Origin: Eledone cirrhosa
Lineage: Eukaryota
Assembly (NCBI GenBank): GCA_964016885.1
Contig: OZ024745.1
Span: 39,432,001-39,496,000, forward strand
DNA length: 64,000 nt
Direction of reading: 5' to 3'
How positions within the stretch are numbered: position 1 is the first letter of the stretch; each line of letters starts with the position of its first letter. A program made the position numbers and the translations under genes. This document shows, piece after piece, positions 18,270 to 30,129 of the stretch. The notes under the pieces are model-generated. The model worked only from the letters and a program-made list of their open reading frames with translations, made no database searches and was not told the DNA's origin.

Positions 18270-21200
18270 CACCGGTGGTTATGTAACCATACATTCACCA
18301 ATCCTCGATAAGAGTGTTTAAATGTCGAACCTAAATAGTTCGAATAACGGTGAAGTGGAGACTGGAATGTCATGTGACAGACTCTCACCCAGCAGGTGCT
18401 CCCTGGCTCAGTAGCAGGGACCTGGCTGTCAACCAAATACTGCTGGTGTCGGAGTAAGAAGAAGAAGGAAAGGGACCAGAACCAACTGGACGAAAGAATT
18501 GAATAGAACTGTTATGCAAAGTTACCTGAAGAGTAACCCCAAGGAGAAAGGCTATAAGAAACGGATGCATAACATCTGAAACGAGATTGGTGTATTTAAA
18601 TTAGATGAACAAAAATTGGCCGGGCAGGCTCGAGTAATAAGAACTAATGGGTGGATAAGAGAGCTGGAACTGGAGGAACTGAGCAGAGCGATTAGCTTGG
18701 AAATGGAGAGTGGAGTATGCCAGTCAAACGAGCCAGTGGGAAATGAAGGGGAAGAGGTTGAGAGAACGCAGGAACCATCCGAAGCAGACAATGATCTGAA
18801 TGCCGAAATAAATAATACCTGGAACAAAGATACGGCAATTGAGGAGATGAATGCTGACGGGCTAGTACAAGATTTGGTTGATATCTTAACCTTAGTGGTA
18901 GATGAAATGAACAATGATAGTGAGAAAGCTATGAACCTAAGATTTGTAGACAGGAAAAAGTTAAAAGAAACAACAGCTAAGGTAAATAAAGTCATCCCAT
19001 ACCTTGATGCGATGAGCCTTCACCAGTGCAGCAATATTCTTAAAGCAACAGCAAATGCGGTGAGGAAATTACTTGGCATAAAAGCGAGAGGAAACAACAA
19101 ACTAGCAAGATCAGAACCTTGGTGGAAAAAACGACTGAATGGTCAAATCAGGGAAATGAGAAATGACATAGGAAAGCTTGAGTCACTACTGAATGGGACA
19201 CTAAAAAACATAGACACTAAAAGAGACTGGAAATAAAGTACAAAACTAGGAGGAAAAAAGCTAAATATTATCATAGAGGAACTGAAGCAACGCATTGTAG
19301 CAAAGTGTGTAAAAATTAGGCGATACGAGAGCAGAGTCAGTCACTATAGACAGAACAGCATGTTTGACAATAACCAGAAGATGTTGTTTGGACAGCTTGA
19401 AGGGAAAGAAAGAGGCAACGACTTGATCCCTGAGACGGAACAAACTAAGGCATTCTGGAGAGGAATATGGGAGCAGGATGTTAAACATAATGACCAGGAA
19501 GTATGGATTGAGACAGTACAAAAGGAGATTAGTGAACAGGCACACCAACAAACTGATTTGAGTATCACAGTTAAAACTCTTAAGGGGCAGGCCAAAAAGC
19601 TAACCAACTAGAAATCACCAGGCCCAGATGGTGTGCAGGGGTATTGGATTAAATATATAACATCCCTCCACCCGAAACTGACAACCATGTTCAATAACTG
19701 CCTGATGTCAGGTGAGGTACCAGAGTGGTTGTCAAAATGTACCACAGTTCTGGTAATGAAAGAAAGAATCAAGGTTAATGATGTTACCAACTATAGAACT
19801 ATCACATGTCTGTCCGTAATGTGGAAACTGTTGACAGGCATTGTGTATGAGGAAATCTACCATCACCTCCACAAAAACAACTTGTTACCGGACGAACAGA
19901 AAGGAAGCCGAAAGAAGTCCCGTGGTACAAAGGACCAGTTACTTATTGATAAGATGGTAATGAGGAATTGCAAGAGGAGACACACTGGTCTTGCCATGGG
20001 ATGGATAGACTAGAAAAAGGCATTTGACATGGTGCCTCATTCTTGGATCACCAAAAGCCTAGAGGTCTTGAAGGTGGCAGATAACATCAGACAGTTGTTG
20101 AGCAAAAGTATGAAGTCCTGGAAAACTCAGTTAACATCAGCTGGAGAATCCTTGGGAGGCGTTAAGATCAAGAGAGTTATCTTCCAGGGAGATAGTCTGT
20201 CCCCTCTGTTGTTTGTCCTTGCCCTGATGCCCCTGACCATTATACAGCGAACAGTGAGAGCAGGATACAAGTTTGGAAAAGGAGTTCTTACCATCAATCA
20301 CCTCCTCTTCATGGACGTACTTAAGCTCTTCGGGAAGTGTGAGTAGGAGTTGGATGTGCTTGTTGACACTCTCCGTATGTTCAGCAATGATATATGTATG
20401 CAATTTGGTATTAGTAAGTGTGGAGTCCTTGTGATGAAGGGGGGGGGGGGGGGGTTAAGTTGAGCAGAAGCAACGTAATCCAGGTACCAACAGGTGAGAT
20501 GATAAAGGAAATTGACACTGAAGAAGGATACAAGTATTTGGGCGTTCTGGAGGTTGATGACATCAAGAACAAAAAAATGAATGAATTGATAAAATCTGAA
20601 TACATTCGGAGAGTAAAGAGCTTATTAAAGTCACATCTGAGCAGTAGGAATGCCATAAGTGCAGTAAATTCCCGAGCTGTGTCTATTATTAGGTACAGTG
20701 CGCGAATACTGAGATGGAATGTTGCTGAACAAAAAGAAATGAAGAGGAAGACTAGGAAGCTATTGACTATCTACAATATGTTCCACAAGAGGAGTGATGT
20801 CGATAGACTCTACTTAAGGAGATCTGAAGGTGGAAGAAGTCTTATCAGCATAGAGGACTGTTTTCGGATGGAGAAAAACAACCTACACATCTAGTAAGGA
20901 GCCAATGCTCAGAATTGTACTGAAGGAGGGGACAATAGACGAGGGAATGTCCAAGGAGGAAATAATAGCGAGGAGAAAGAGCAGCCTTAAGCGAAAAATC
21001 CCATCATAGTACCTTCTTTGAGAAAACTGAATTCAGAGATCCACAGACATGGAACTGGTTGAAAAGAGGAAACCTTAAAAAGGCTACAGAAGGAATTCTA
21101 ATGGCTGCGCAAGAGCAGGCCCTCAAAACGAAGTGGCTGAAAAACCATATTTACAAGGAAGAGGCTAGCCCACTGTGCAGGATCTGTGGAGAGAGAGATA

Positions 21201-21823
21201 GGAGACTGTGGCTCACATAGTATCCCAGTGTTAACACCTAGCCCAGACTCACTATAAAGGCTGGAGACATGATGGGCAGGGTGATCCACTGGCACCTATG
21301 CAAAGTAAACAATTTACCACATTCTGAGAGGTGGTATGAGCATAAGCCAGAGTCTGTGATAGAAAACGATCAGGTGAAGGTGCTGTGGGATTTTAGGATA
21401 CAGACGGACAAGAAACTGGAATACAATAGACGTGACCTGGTGGTTTTGGACAAGGAAAAAAGGTCGTGCCTGATTGTTGATGTGGCCTGCCCATTCGACA
21501 CGAGAGTGCAATAGAAGGAGACGGAGAAAATTAGCCGATACCAGGACATCAAGTGGGAGGTAAAAAGGATTTGGAACTGCCATGAAGTCAAAGTGGTCTC
21601 GATTGTTATAGGCGCACTAGGTACTATATCAAAAGGTTTCCAGTGATGGTTAAAGAAAATTGGCCCCGCTCCGCTTTTTGGAACACTTCAAAAGGCATGG
21701 TTGCTGGGAACAGCAAGAATTCTCCGAAACGTACTGAATATGTGAGGCTGCAGGTAGTGGCTTGATATTCATTTCAACAAACTTTCAAGCTAACTAACAT
21801 TAATGACTGAGACTCAAAGAACA
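18270..21823 (+). mobile_element. Near full-length degenerate R4/Dong-type LINE (RT, zinc knuckle, restriction-like endonuclease)
   Basis: Broken ORF ~18322-21745 with QKGSRKKSRGTKDQLLID, QGDSLSP, FMDV, YKYLG, CRICGE..HIVSQC and RRDLVVLD..IVDVACP. Ends in (TAA)n at 21823-21848. Confidence 0.92.
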
Positions 21824-21849
21824 ATAATAATAATAATAATAATAATAAA

Positions 21850-21975
21850 AAGAGAAGAAGATGCACGTGTTGGATAGGGTGTTATGGAATCGCTACTGTA
21901 AGTTTTTTATATTTGACATATTTAAAACAATCGTGATATAACAATTCGTAGTACAAATGGGACATAAAGCGCCAG
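21850..21975 (-). repeat. Unclassified repeat Z abutting (TAA)n
   Basis: Diverged inverted homologue of 26725-26856. Confidence 0.55.
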
Positions 21976-21977
21976 GT

Positions 21978-24900
21978 TAACTCTCAGGAAATTCCTCAAG
22001 AGACAACAAGGTCGCCATATTCAAGAAAGAACATACATACCCACAAATTGAATCTTTAGGTGTTTAGACTTGTGATGTACTTATATTGACAGAATATTCC
22101 TTAGTATATGGGCAGTTCCCATTAGTACTATCTTTTGTATTTCTCCTATACGCGGGTTTCCTGGGATTTGCGATAAGTAATCATTAGACCCCTTAGGTAT
22201 CATTCCTAGAGCGCCTACAACCACTGGTATTGTTTTAGTTCTCAATTTCCACGTGTTTCCAATTTCTATCTCCAGGTCCTTATACTTGCTCAATTTTTCA
22301 AATGTTTTTATAGATACATTCTTGTCTATTGGAACGGACATATCAATTCGCAGGCATACCCTCTTTTTAAAGTCCTTCAGTATTACAACAGGTCTATTTG
22401 CATCTATTTTTCGGTCTGTTTGGATGCTAAAATTCCACAAGATTGAGATATGATCTTTTTCAAGTATGGGAGGTGGTTGATGCTCCTACTAATTCTTTTG
22501 ATGGGACAGGTCAAAATGATTACACATTATCCAATGTATGTAGTGTGCTGCTCTGTCATGCCCGTTTAGGTATTCGGTTGGAGCTATAAGACTGCACATT
22601 GAAATTATATGATCAATGGTCTCTGGTTTTTTTTTACATACACGGCATAATGGGTTGCATACATTTTTTATTATGTTGGCTTGGACATTTTTTGTTGGCA
22701 GACACTGATCTTGTGCTGATATAATCAGTCCTTCAGTCTCGGATTTTAGTCCAGAGGATGCCAACCACTGATGTGTTAAAGTTTCGTCAACATCAGGATT
22801 GTTAGCTCTTTCTGGGTATTTTTCATACAGAGGCTTTTTTTGCCATTTCTTAGCCAGTTTCGGTAGCAGTTCTTTCTTTGCAGATACTTTTACCTGCTTT
22901 GCTTTTTCTGTGTTTTCCATTTCAGCAGTAAATGGGACTTCTGAAATCTGTAGTCCACTACTGTATCTTTGTGCATCTTTTGTAATGGAGTATGATCTTT
23001 TGATGCTTCCGTGTTTCAAAACGAGTTTGATCACCCAATCATGTGATTTTCTTAGATATGTAGATAATCCAATTGTTGCAGTTTTCAACGCAATATCTAA
23101 CTGGAAAAACCCACGTCCTCCTTCTTTCCTAGGGAGATATATTCTATCTGTATCTGCCTTAGGGGGATGCATTCTGTGCATGGTTAAGAATTTTCGAATT
23201 TTTTTATCGAGCCTACGGATCTCTGTGCTTGACAAGTTGATGACATTGTAACTATAGGTTACTACTGGTATGGCAAGCGTGTTTATGGCATCGATCCTAT
23301 TCCTTGCATTCAATTCCGTTCTTAAGATTGCTCTGACTCTGCGGTAACATTCCTTCCTTATCCTTTCTCTCACTGTCGAGTGCTTGATTCCGTCTCCTTC
23401 ACAAACACCTAGATATTTGTAATTTTTTTCTTGATCAAGCTCTCTTATCACGTTCCCCCGATCAAGATTAATGTCTGAACTCTTCAGCAGCTTTCCTCTG
23501 GTGAACGTTGCTTTAGCGCATTTATCCAGTCCAAACTCCATTTTAATGTCATCACTGAACTGCTTCACACTGGATAATAGCACTTGCAATTGTTCATCAT
23601 TTTTTGCAAATAGTTTCAGGTCATACATGTAGAACAGGTGATTAATGGTTTTGTCATAGACTCTATATCCACGTTTTGTTTCATTGAGCATTTTACTTAA
23701 TGGTATAAGTGCGATGCAGAATAAAAGCGGTGATAAAGAGTCACCCTGAAAAATTCCACAATTAATATTAACTTCTCAAGCTTCCAGTGATTTTTTTTCG
23801 CTATTCAAAAGGAGTTTCGTTTTCCATGTCTTCATACTGAATGACAAAAACCTCCTGACAACGGGGGATATTTTGAAAATCTCTAAAACATTTTTCAATC
23901 CAACTGTGTGGCAAACTATCGAATGCTTTTTTATAATCTATCCAAGCAATCGATAGATTTTTTTGTCTATTATGACAATCTTCCAGTATCATTTTGTTAA
24001 CCAGAAGCTGATCGTTACAGCCATATGATCCTCGTTTACACCCTTTCTGCTCAATGGGAAATAGGTCATTTGTTATCAGGTGGTCATATGTGTATTCAGT
24101 TAGGACTGATGTTAAAATTTTATACATTGTGGTCAAGCAGGTTTACGGTCTGTAATTTTTGGGATTGTTTGTCTCATCATTCTTCGGTAGCAGGAATGTA
24201 ATGCCGTTAACTAGCAATGATGGTATCTTTTCTGGCTCCTTAACTATTTCATTGTAAAGTTGGGCTAACAGCTCATGAGACTCTGTGAAGGCATTTATCC
24301 AAAAGTTTTGTATTTTGTCTTTTCCTGGGGATTTCCATTTGCTGGTTTTTCTTAGAGCCAAGCGCAACTGTTCAACTGTTATATTTTCCCATGTTTGTTC
24401 TTCAAGGTGAGCTGTTTCTTTCATTTGTCTGTCTATCCATGGGGCATGTATGTTATAAACTTTTTCTTCGGCCCAGATCTTTTCCCAGAATTCTTGCACT
24501 TCCTCCTTGGGTGGTATTGATTTAGCAGTTATTGTTGACTTATCAATTTTTCTGTAGAAGTTTCTTTGGTTGTTTTTGAACATATTATTGTCCTTATAGA
24601 ATCTAGATCGTTTTTCAAAGCGCCTTATACGAGCAGCTTTGGCCGACACTTTTTGCTTGATTGTTTCTATCAGCATGTCTATGTCACATGTTGATCTTAT
24701 ACTGTACTTTTTTTTCAATTTTCTAAGTTTAGTTTGTTTAACATGTTCACCTACTTTATTGTTTGTTAAAATTTCTATGTCAGATCGGAGAAGGTTTATT
24801 TGGCGATTGATGTTATCTTGCCAAGTAGATTTCTTGTGGGAATTCCTTTGTTTTTTCATCTTCACTCCACATAAGTGAGTGGTGACTTTAGCCGATGCAT

Positions 24901-25895
24901 AATAGAGATGATTTATGTCAGTAATGTTTAGTTTGTTTGTGATGATAATGTTTTTGAGAATTATGTTAGTCTTGTGTATTATCTTTTGGTTCTGTTTGGA
25001 GTTCTGGATCTTAGGGATGGTGTCTCGTTGCCCCATGTCAGATTCTTTCATTTTCATCCATTCGATCATAATTTCATCCTTCAAGTTGGCAACTTCATTC
25101 TCATTCATTTCTTTATCATTTACGATCTCATTATTTCCATTTGGAGTTTCATCCTGAGCATGCACTCCCTCCACTTTTTCGCTCCTTTCTTTAATTTGTT
25201 CTGTTGCCAGTGATTCCGCCCCAACCCTGGGATCCGAAGTGTTACAGTTTACCTCGTTTTCACTGACACATGCTTCATTTTCCCTTCGCTGATTTTGTGC
25301 TACTAGCTTGATCTGATCAATTTCTATATCAGTTAGTAACTTTTTTCTTACAATATTTCTTCGTATATTGGCTAGTTTGTTACTGTCAATATAGCCTCTG
25401 TTTTCGGGATGTTTCTTTTTCCAGTTGATATATGTTTGTTCTGTATTCGATGTATTTGATGGGTAGGACATGGCAGTGTAGAAAGCCTCAAGGACTTCTT
25501 TATTATCTTCCTTTGACCATTTTTCTCTCTTTTTCTTTGGAGTTCTTGGTGGTGAGCATGGAGGGCCAACAGTAGGAGTATTGCGGTTATGGGAGGTCTC
25601 CAGCTCCGAAGTGATCGGAAGGTTTGAAGCATTAGCTGATTTTTCGACCCCAGTCTGGTTTCTCTCTGAGGGACGCGGCCCTTTTTTACCCGGGTGACGG
25701 CCGATCCGGTATGAGATTTTATTATTAGACATTTACTTTATTTTGTCGCGTTTTATCCTTATCCGCCAAGGGGTAATCATTTCGTGTTACCACTTCTAGA
25801 ACGAGTGTCAACCAAGACTAGAGGGGTCGTTCTCCCCTAGAGACATGGCTATTCCCCGCCGGCCGCCATCCCGGTATTTCTTGGTCACGGGGTTT
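21978..25895 (-). mobile_element. Near full-length R4/Dong-type LINE of a second family, few frameshifts
   Basis: ORF pieces 24143-25732, 23801-24136, 22489-23691 and 22081-22440. Motifs: KSPGKD, NYRP, IDYKKAFDS, YMYD (from YMDD), CRVC..H..C, NRPVVILKD..IDMSVP..EKLSKY. Confidence 0.93.
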
Positions 25896-25982
25896 TCTTT
25901 TTGTTGTTTTTTTTTTTAAATTGTTATTATCATGAGTGGTTCCTTAATGTGAGAATTGCGTGGCTTAAGAATGAAATTATTA

Positions 25983-26032
25983 ATAATTGTCTCCACTCCA
26001 GGCACAAGGCCAGCAATCACCCAGTGCATTAC
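25983..26032 (-). mobile_element. SINE 3' fragment
   Basis: GGCACAAGGCCAGCAATCACCCAGTGCATTAC. Confidence 0.7.
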
Positions 26033-26724
26033 AATAATATAATATACTTTTTGTTGTAGTTGGCTGTTATTGTTGTTGGCTATGTTGGTGGTGGTTCCGG
26101 GGCTTTTATATTGTTGGTGAGGAAGGGGTGAGCCAGCAGTCCCATAATTGTTGATGTAGACGTTTGGCCGGTGGCAAGGTCACCAAGTCAATCTAATTAT
26201 ATCTTTTGCTAGCCTCTCTCTTGTCTAGTGATACCGCCACCTTCCCCTTTCTCTCCCAAGTTAACAGGGGAATAGTCTCGGTAGCATTGAATGAGTGGTG
26301 GCGGCGATGATGGATGCGGTGGGGTGGTGGCAGCGGTGGTGTCGTGGTTACTGATATAGTATCTATGAGTTTGTGTTCGTATGTTTAATATATATTTTTA
26401 TTATATTTTGTGTTGACATATTCCCGTAAAATTTGAATTAAACATTTTTTAAATTTGAGACAATAATAATAGTAATTATTATTACGATGCTGGTGAAATT
26501 GCCGTTATCTGGCTGTTATATTTAGTGTGATGGGATAGGTAGTGTTTCAAGTTTCTGGTGTTGGTGAAATTGAAATTGCTGCTATTTGGCTGTTCTATAT
26601 AGTGTAGACAGAGGGTGTTTTGTTCCATTTATAACCATTTTCTTTTTTTGAATAGAAAATATATAATACAAAATTGAATATTTGAGCGATACAACAATAT
26701 AATATGGATCCGAAACTTTATGGG

Positions 26725-26855
26725 ACCTCATTCGGTGCATTTATGCAACATTTGTGCTAAGAATTGTTCTTTCACAATTGATTTAAATATGTTAAAAATC
26801 AAAAACTTACGGGAGCAATTTCGTGACGTTCTACCACCTCGTGCGTCTTCTTCCC

Positions 26856-26856
<1 letters not shown>
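26725..26856 (+). repeat. Unclassified repeat Z ending in (TTA)n
   Basis: Homologous to 21850-21975. Confidence 0.55.
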
Positions 26857-26941
<85 letters not shown>

Positions 26942-27746
26942 GTTCTTTGAGTCTCAGTCATTGATGTTAATTAACTGGAATGTTTGTTGAAATGAATATC
27001 AAGCCACTACCTGCAGCCTCAGATATTCAGGACGTATCGGAGGGTTCTTGCTGTTCCCAGCAAGCATGCCTTTTGAAGTGTTCCAAAAAGTGGGGCGGGG
27101 CCAATTTTCTTTAACCATCCCTGAAATCCTTTTGAGATAGTACCTAGTGCGCCTATGACAATCGGGACCACTTTGACTTCATGGCAGTTACAAATCCTTT
27201 TACCTCCCACTTTAAGTCCTGGTATCGGTTAATTTTATCCCTCTCCTTCTCTTCCACTCTCTTGTCGAATGGGCAGGCCACATCAACAATCAGGCACGAT
27301 CTTTTTTCCTTGTCCAAAACCACCAGGTCAGGTATATTGTGTTCCAGTGTCTTGTCCGTCTGTATCCTAAAATCCCACAGCACCTTCATCTGATCGTTTT
27401 CTATCACCGACTCTGGCTTATGCTCATACTACTTCTCAGAATGTGGTAAATTGTTTACTTCTCATAGGTGCCAGTGGATCAGCCTGCCCATCACATCATG
27501 TCTCCAGCCTTTATAGTGAGTTTGGGCTAGGTGTTTACACTCGGATACAATGTGAACCACAGTCTCCTCTCTCTCTCCCCACAGATCCTGCACAGTGGGC
27601 TAGCCTACTCCTTGTAAATATGGTATTTCGACCACTTCCTTTTGAGTGCCTGTTCTTGCTCAGCCATTAGCATTCCTTCTGTAGCCTTTTTAAGGTCTCC
27701 TCTTTTCAACCAGTTCCATGTCTGTGGATCTCTGAATTCAGTTTTT
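26942..27746 (-). mobile_element. 5'-truncated copy of the 18270-21823 Dong family inside (TTA)n
   Basis: Highly similar reverse complement of ~21020-21823, with an intact PDLVVLD motif. (TTA)n on both sides. Confidence 0.93.
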
Positions 27747-27751
27747 ATTAA

Positions 27752-27782
<31 letters not shown>

Positions 27783-27997
27783 GAATGCCATGGTTGACGG
27801 AGGCTCGGCTCTGTAAGGTATAGTAATTTTTAACCGTTAAAACAATTGTAAATTGTTTAAAACTTGAACCAAATTGTTGATAAAGACACCCTCCTCCCCG
27901 TGAGAGGGGTCTTTCTGTCCGTTATTTGGCCCTTCGGGGTTAAATAACCAGTTATTGGGGTTTTGTACCCAAAATTTCATTTTAAACAAAAAACAAC

Positions 27998-30094
27998 ATG
28001 GCTACGAAAAAGAAATTTCATACGTCACTCCCACTCATTCCGTCTTCTTCTTCCTCAATCATCACTACAGCAGAGAGAAGATTGTCTCTCTCCCTCCCTT
28101 CTTTAAATGAGTCTCTCTCCCTCCCTTCTCTTTCGCAAGTTACGAAAGAAAAGAAAAGTCTCGTGCAAAGCGTGCAAGGTTTCTCCACGACGACGACGAC
28201 AGCGACGAAACAGGTGTGCGGGAAATACGAAAACCCAGTTCATTCGTCTGACGTCAGGAATAATAGCAGTAGCAGCCGTAATAACAACAGCAACAGTGAC
28301 AATGAAAACAACAGTAGCAGCCGCAACAGCATCACCAGCAGCATAAACAACAACAGCATTAGCAGCAGCAACGCCAACAACAACCACAGCAACAGCGGCG
28401 GAGGCAGTAGTCGTAGTACCTGCAGCAACAACAAAAGTACCAGCAGCTCTGACGACAACAACAACAGCAGAGAAAAACCAATCTCATTTGCAGGTATTGC
28501 GAAAAACTTGGAAACAATCCTCATAACAAATGAGGAATTAGAGGAAGCGAAGAAGATGGTGACAAAGAACGGACACCGAGCAATCTGCAAGGCAGCGGAA
28601 AAATTTTTCGAAACCCAAGAGCACTGTACGGTCACGTACCGTACAGTAAGTACAAAATCCCGTAGGGTGGAAAGAGCCACAGAGGCCCAAATACAAAAAG
28701 CCTTGGGGTCTGTGTGGCAGCGGAAAACGCACATCACCCGAGGCAAAAAATATGCCACCGTAGACGTACTTTTTGCCACACCCCAGGAGGCAAAGGCCCA
28801 ATCAGTAGTGACCCTAAGGAGCGAGGAAATGGTGTTGGTGCCCTCCTACTGCGGGCAAAAAATTGTGAGGGTCAAACTGACCCACGTCCCCCCCGGAATG
28901 ACCCCTTCTTGGCTGGCCGCGTCTGTCCTCGTCGGAATCGAGGACAAAACAACTGTACTGCAAGTACAGAAAAAAGTAAGAGAAGATTGGGTCGGCTCCT
29001 CCATTGAGATGCTAATCCAAACCAACCAGGAGTGCATCGAAGCTATCCCGGATGTGATAGACTTCGATAACGGCACTCAACTGCCCATAAGTGTTGAGGG
29101 CAAACGCCCGAAATGCTTTCGCTGTGGATCGAAGACTCACCTCAGGGCTTTCTGCAACGAGAAGACCCTGAGAAAGGAGAAAACCCCCCTCCTTCCGAAT
29201 CCGGCTCCACGGCTACCAGCAACAGGACAAGCGGCAACCAGGAACGATAGGCCCGTGGCACCCATACCCACTCCACGGAAATCAAAAACAGCAGCAGCAG
29301 TGGAAATATTAACAACAACAACAGCAATACCAAATGCAGCTGCAACAGAGACTCCAGTGCAAACATCACCAATAACAACAAGTGAAAGAGTGGAGCTGGT
29401 ACCCCTCCCCGACCTCACAGAATCAGACATGGAGTGTGAGGTGGGAGAGGGATGGCAAAAGGTCGCAAGAAGGCACAAACGCAGAAGCAGCGCATCGTCG
29501 CCTTTGAAAAGGGAGGAAAGAAATGAGAAAAGGGTAAAGTCTACTGCAAAGAGACCCACAGCAGCAACACCACCAACACCATCACCACCCACACCAGCAC
29601 CACCATCACCACCAGCGACAACCCCACCGCCAACAACACCTTCAACACCACCACCACAAGCACCAACATCGCAAACACAACAACAAAACACACACACCCA
29701 GCAGCAACGACAAGAAAATAGCAGCACCACACCCCACCCCCAGAAAAACAAATGCACGGCAATAAACGCACACAACAAGAAACTAATGACTTACATAATT
29801 GAACACACAGACATTTCACAACAGGACTACATAATACCAGCACCAATCAAAACGCCAACTAACATAAGACTGCTAAAAATAGCACAGAAACAATACACAA
29901 ACATTAAAACGAAATTCCCCAACGCAGTTGGTGATTTCAGGGACCTAGGAGGAACCATCAATCGAAGAGTATATTCAGACATTCTCTTAGAAGAGCCGAC
30001 GACCAGCCGTAGGGACGATTCAACGGTCCCTTCACCAGACGATCAAGTGAAAAGGGATGTAAAAACCATCCCTCCTCTACCAAAAGTACGGTAA
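27998..30094 (+). CDS. Tx1-like ORF1 nucleic-acid-binding protein, 698 aa
   Basis: CCHC knuckle CFRCGSKTHLRAFC, GWQKVARRHKRR motif, Ser/Asn and Pro/Thr low-complexity tracts. Confidence 0.9.
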   Translation: MATKKKFHTSLPLIPSSSSSIITTAERRLSLSLPSLNESLSLPSLSQVTKEKKSLVQSVQGFSTTTTTATKQVCGKYENPVHSSDVRNNSSSSRNNNSNSDNENNSSSRNSITSSINNNSISSSNANNNHSNSGGGSSRSTCSNNKSTSSSDDNNNSREKPISFAGIAKNLETILITNEELEEAKKMVTKNGHRAICKAAEKFFETQEHCTVTYRTVSTKSRRVERATEAQIQKALGSVWQRKTHITRGKKYATVDVLFATPQEAKAQSVVTLRSEEMVLVPSYCGQKIVRVKLTHVPPGMTPSWLAASVLVGIEDKTTVLQVQKKVREDWVGSSIEMLIQTNQECIEAIPDVIDFDNGTQLPISVEGKRPKCFRCGSKTHLRAFCNEKTLRKEKTPLLPNPAPRLPATGQAATRNDRPVAPIPTPRKSKTAAAVEILTTTTAIPNAAATETPVQTSPITTSERVELVPLPDLTESDMECEVGEGWQKVARRHKRRSSASSPLKREERNEKRVKSTAKRPTAATPPTPSPPTPAPPSPPATTPPPTTPSTPPPQAPTSQTQQQNTHTQQQRQENSSTTPHPQKNKCTAINAHNKKLMTYIIEHTDISQQDYIIPAPIKTPTNIRLLKIAQKQYTNIKTKFPNAVGDFRDLGGTINRRVYSDILLEEPTTSRRDDSTVPSPDDQVKRDVKTIPPLPKVR

Positions 30095-30129
30095 GTGGTC
30101 TTTCCCATCTTTTCCACTCTATTTTAAAC

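Noticed and set aside
26040-26600. Possible old Tx1 ORF1 relic on the minus strand
   Set aside because: Only low-complexity resemblance.
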